A stretch of DNA of 64,000 nt, from contig JARFYF010000012.1 in assembly GCA_030265395.1 (NCBI GenBank), positions 18,306,620 through 18,370,619 of the forward strand. Direction: 5' to 3'. The position numbers and the translations under genes are program-made. This document shows positions 62,740 through 64,000 of this stretch, one piece after another (the stretch's first letter is position 1; each line of letters opens with the position of its first letter). The stretch is from Rhina ancylostomus (Eukaryota). The notes beneath the pieces were generated by a model that worked only from the letters and a program-made list of their open reading frames with translations, made no database searches and was not told the origin of the DNA.

Positions 62740-63160
62740 TGACTTGAATTGTAGCTGTCGAGAAAGATTGGATAAGCTAGAGCTGTTTTCTTTGGAACAG
62801 AGGGGTTAACAACAAACTTAATTAAAGTGTATAAAATTGTAAAGGGCCTAGTTAGAATGAATAGGAAATACCTGTTTCCGTTGGTAAATGAATCAAAAAC
62901 CAAGGGGCATCGATTTAAAATAATTGGTAGAAGGAAAAGTGTGGAGTTGAAAGATTTATTTCACCAGGAGATGGTAGGAGTTGGGAACTCACCACAAGGG
63001 AGGGTGGTGGAGGCAGAACCCTTCCTCATGTTTAACTAATACTTAGATATGTACTTGAAGACCAACGACACGCAGGGCTGTGGACCTTGTACTAAAAGGT
63101 GTGATTAGGCCAAGGATGATGAGCTGAATGCCCTCCTGTGTCATACAGTCTCTATGATAT
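62740..63160 (+). mobile_element. CR1 3' fragment
   Basis: YKIVKGL...LFPLV.ESKTKGHRFKIIG...VVEAE motif and tail. Confidence 0.8.
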
Positions 63161-64000
63161 AATAATTCTATAATTCCAAGGATGTTAAATTNNNNNNNNN
63201 NNNTCTTTTGAATGATCATCTATTAACAAAATACTTCCAGATCACAGAATTTTCTTGAAATTACGAGGTTTTGTTCAAAAATGTAAGCCAGAAGTAACAT
63301 CATGAGCAGAATTTTCTGATCTCCATGGTAACAACTTCACAGTATAGCATGGACAATTTGTCAAAATGTACTCTAGTGAATCTTGCTTTTCAACACAAAT
63401 TGCTATTAATCTGTTCCAGGTTCATTTGGAAATCACAATGCAACCTGTGATCTGTCATCATCTTCACCTGTCTTATCACAATGTCAGCAAGACACCAATG
63501 AGCACACTGTGCCTGAACAAAAAATATTCAGTGATCACATAGTCATTTACAATTGATGGTAGTATATTTTGGTGTGTTCTGAGTAAATTTAAAAATCTAC
63601 TTGGTGAGTCCAAAATTCAACCACTGCTATTTAGCAATTCAGTTTACTATTTAAATCGGAAATTACTGTCGGGTCACATTGTGGTTTAGCTCTGTCATCA
63701 TCATTGAAAAATCAGAATTGATTTTTCTATCATTACTGGCCTCATTGAGCTCTGTATATTTAATGAAATGCTGATATGATTTATCTTAGTAAATTCCAGA
63801 AAATTATCCATTGTCTGCAACAGGTTGAAATGCTATAAAACTAAAGTATTTTTTAGAAAAATAAGATTTATAAAAATTAGGATTGTCACATTTTGCAAGG
63901 TATGATTGTTCTTTCGTCACTTTTTTTTAGTAGTCCTGTTATATGCTGTGTAATTGTTAGATAAAATAATAAATTAGTCATTGAGGCAATGATCACTTAT

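Overview
Eukaryotic, AT-rich vertebrate genomic DNA from a draft assembly with N gaps. The repeat content (CR1 LINEs, V-SINE, palindromic 'cagatgctgg' elements, Rex1/Babar, RTE) points to a cartilaginous fish (inference). The window holds the 3' part of WDR11 on the + strand: 25 coding exons from 642 to the stop at 58918, corresponding to human exons 5-29 as I recall them. All visible junctions are phase-consistent, exon 26 runs into an N gap, and a poly(A) signal follows at 59031. The last intron is a minor-spliceosome (U12) AT-AC intron with an in-frame stop and AATAAA directly behind its donor. The most unexplained signal is a CpG-island, housekeeping-type promoter (NRF1 x3, CCAAT x2, GC boxes, CRE) inside intron 5. 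It has a strong minus-strand first-exon donor, suggesting a nested antisense transcription unit. No rRNA, tRNA or CRISPR array is supported. Exon numbering is by analogy to human, and transposon boundaries are approximate, read by eye.
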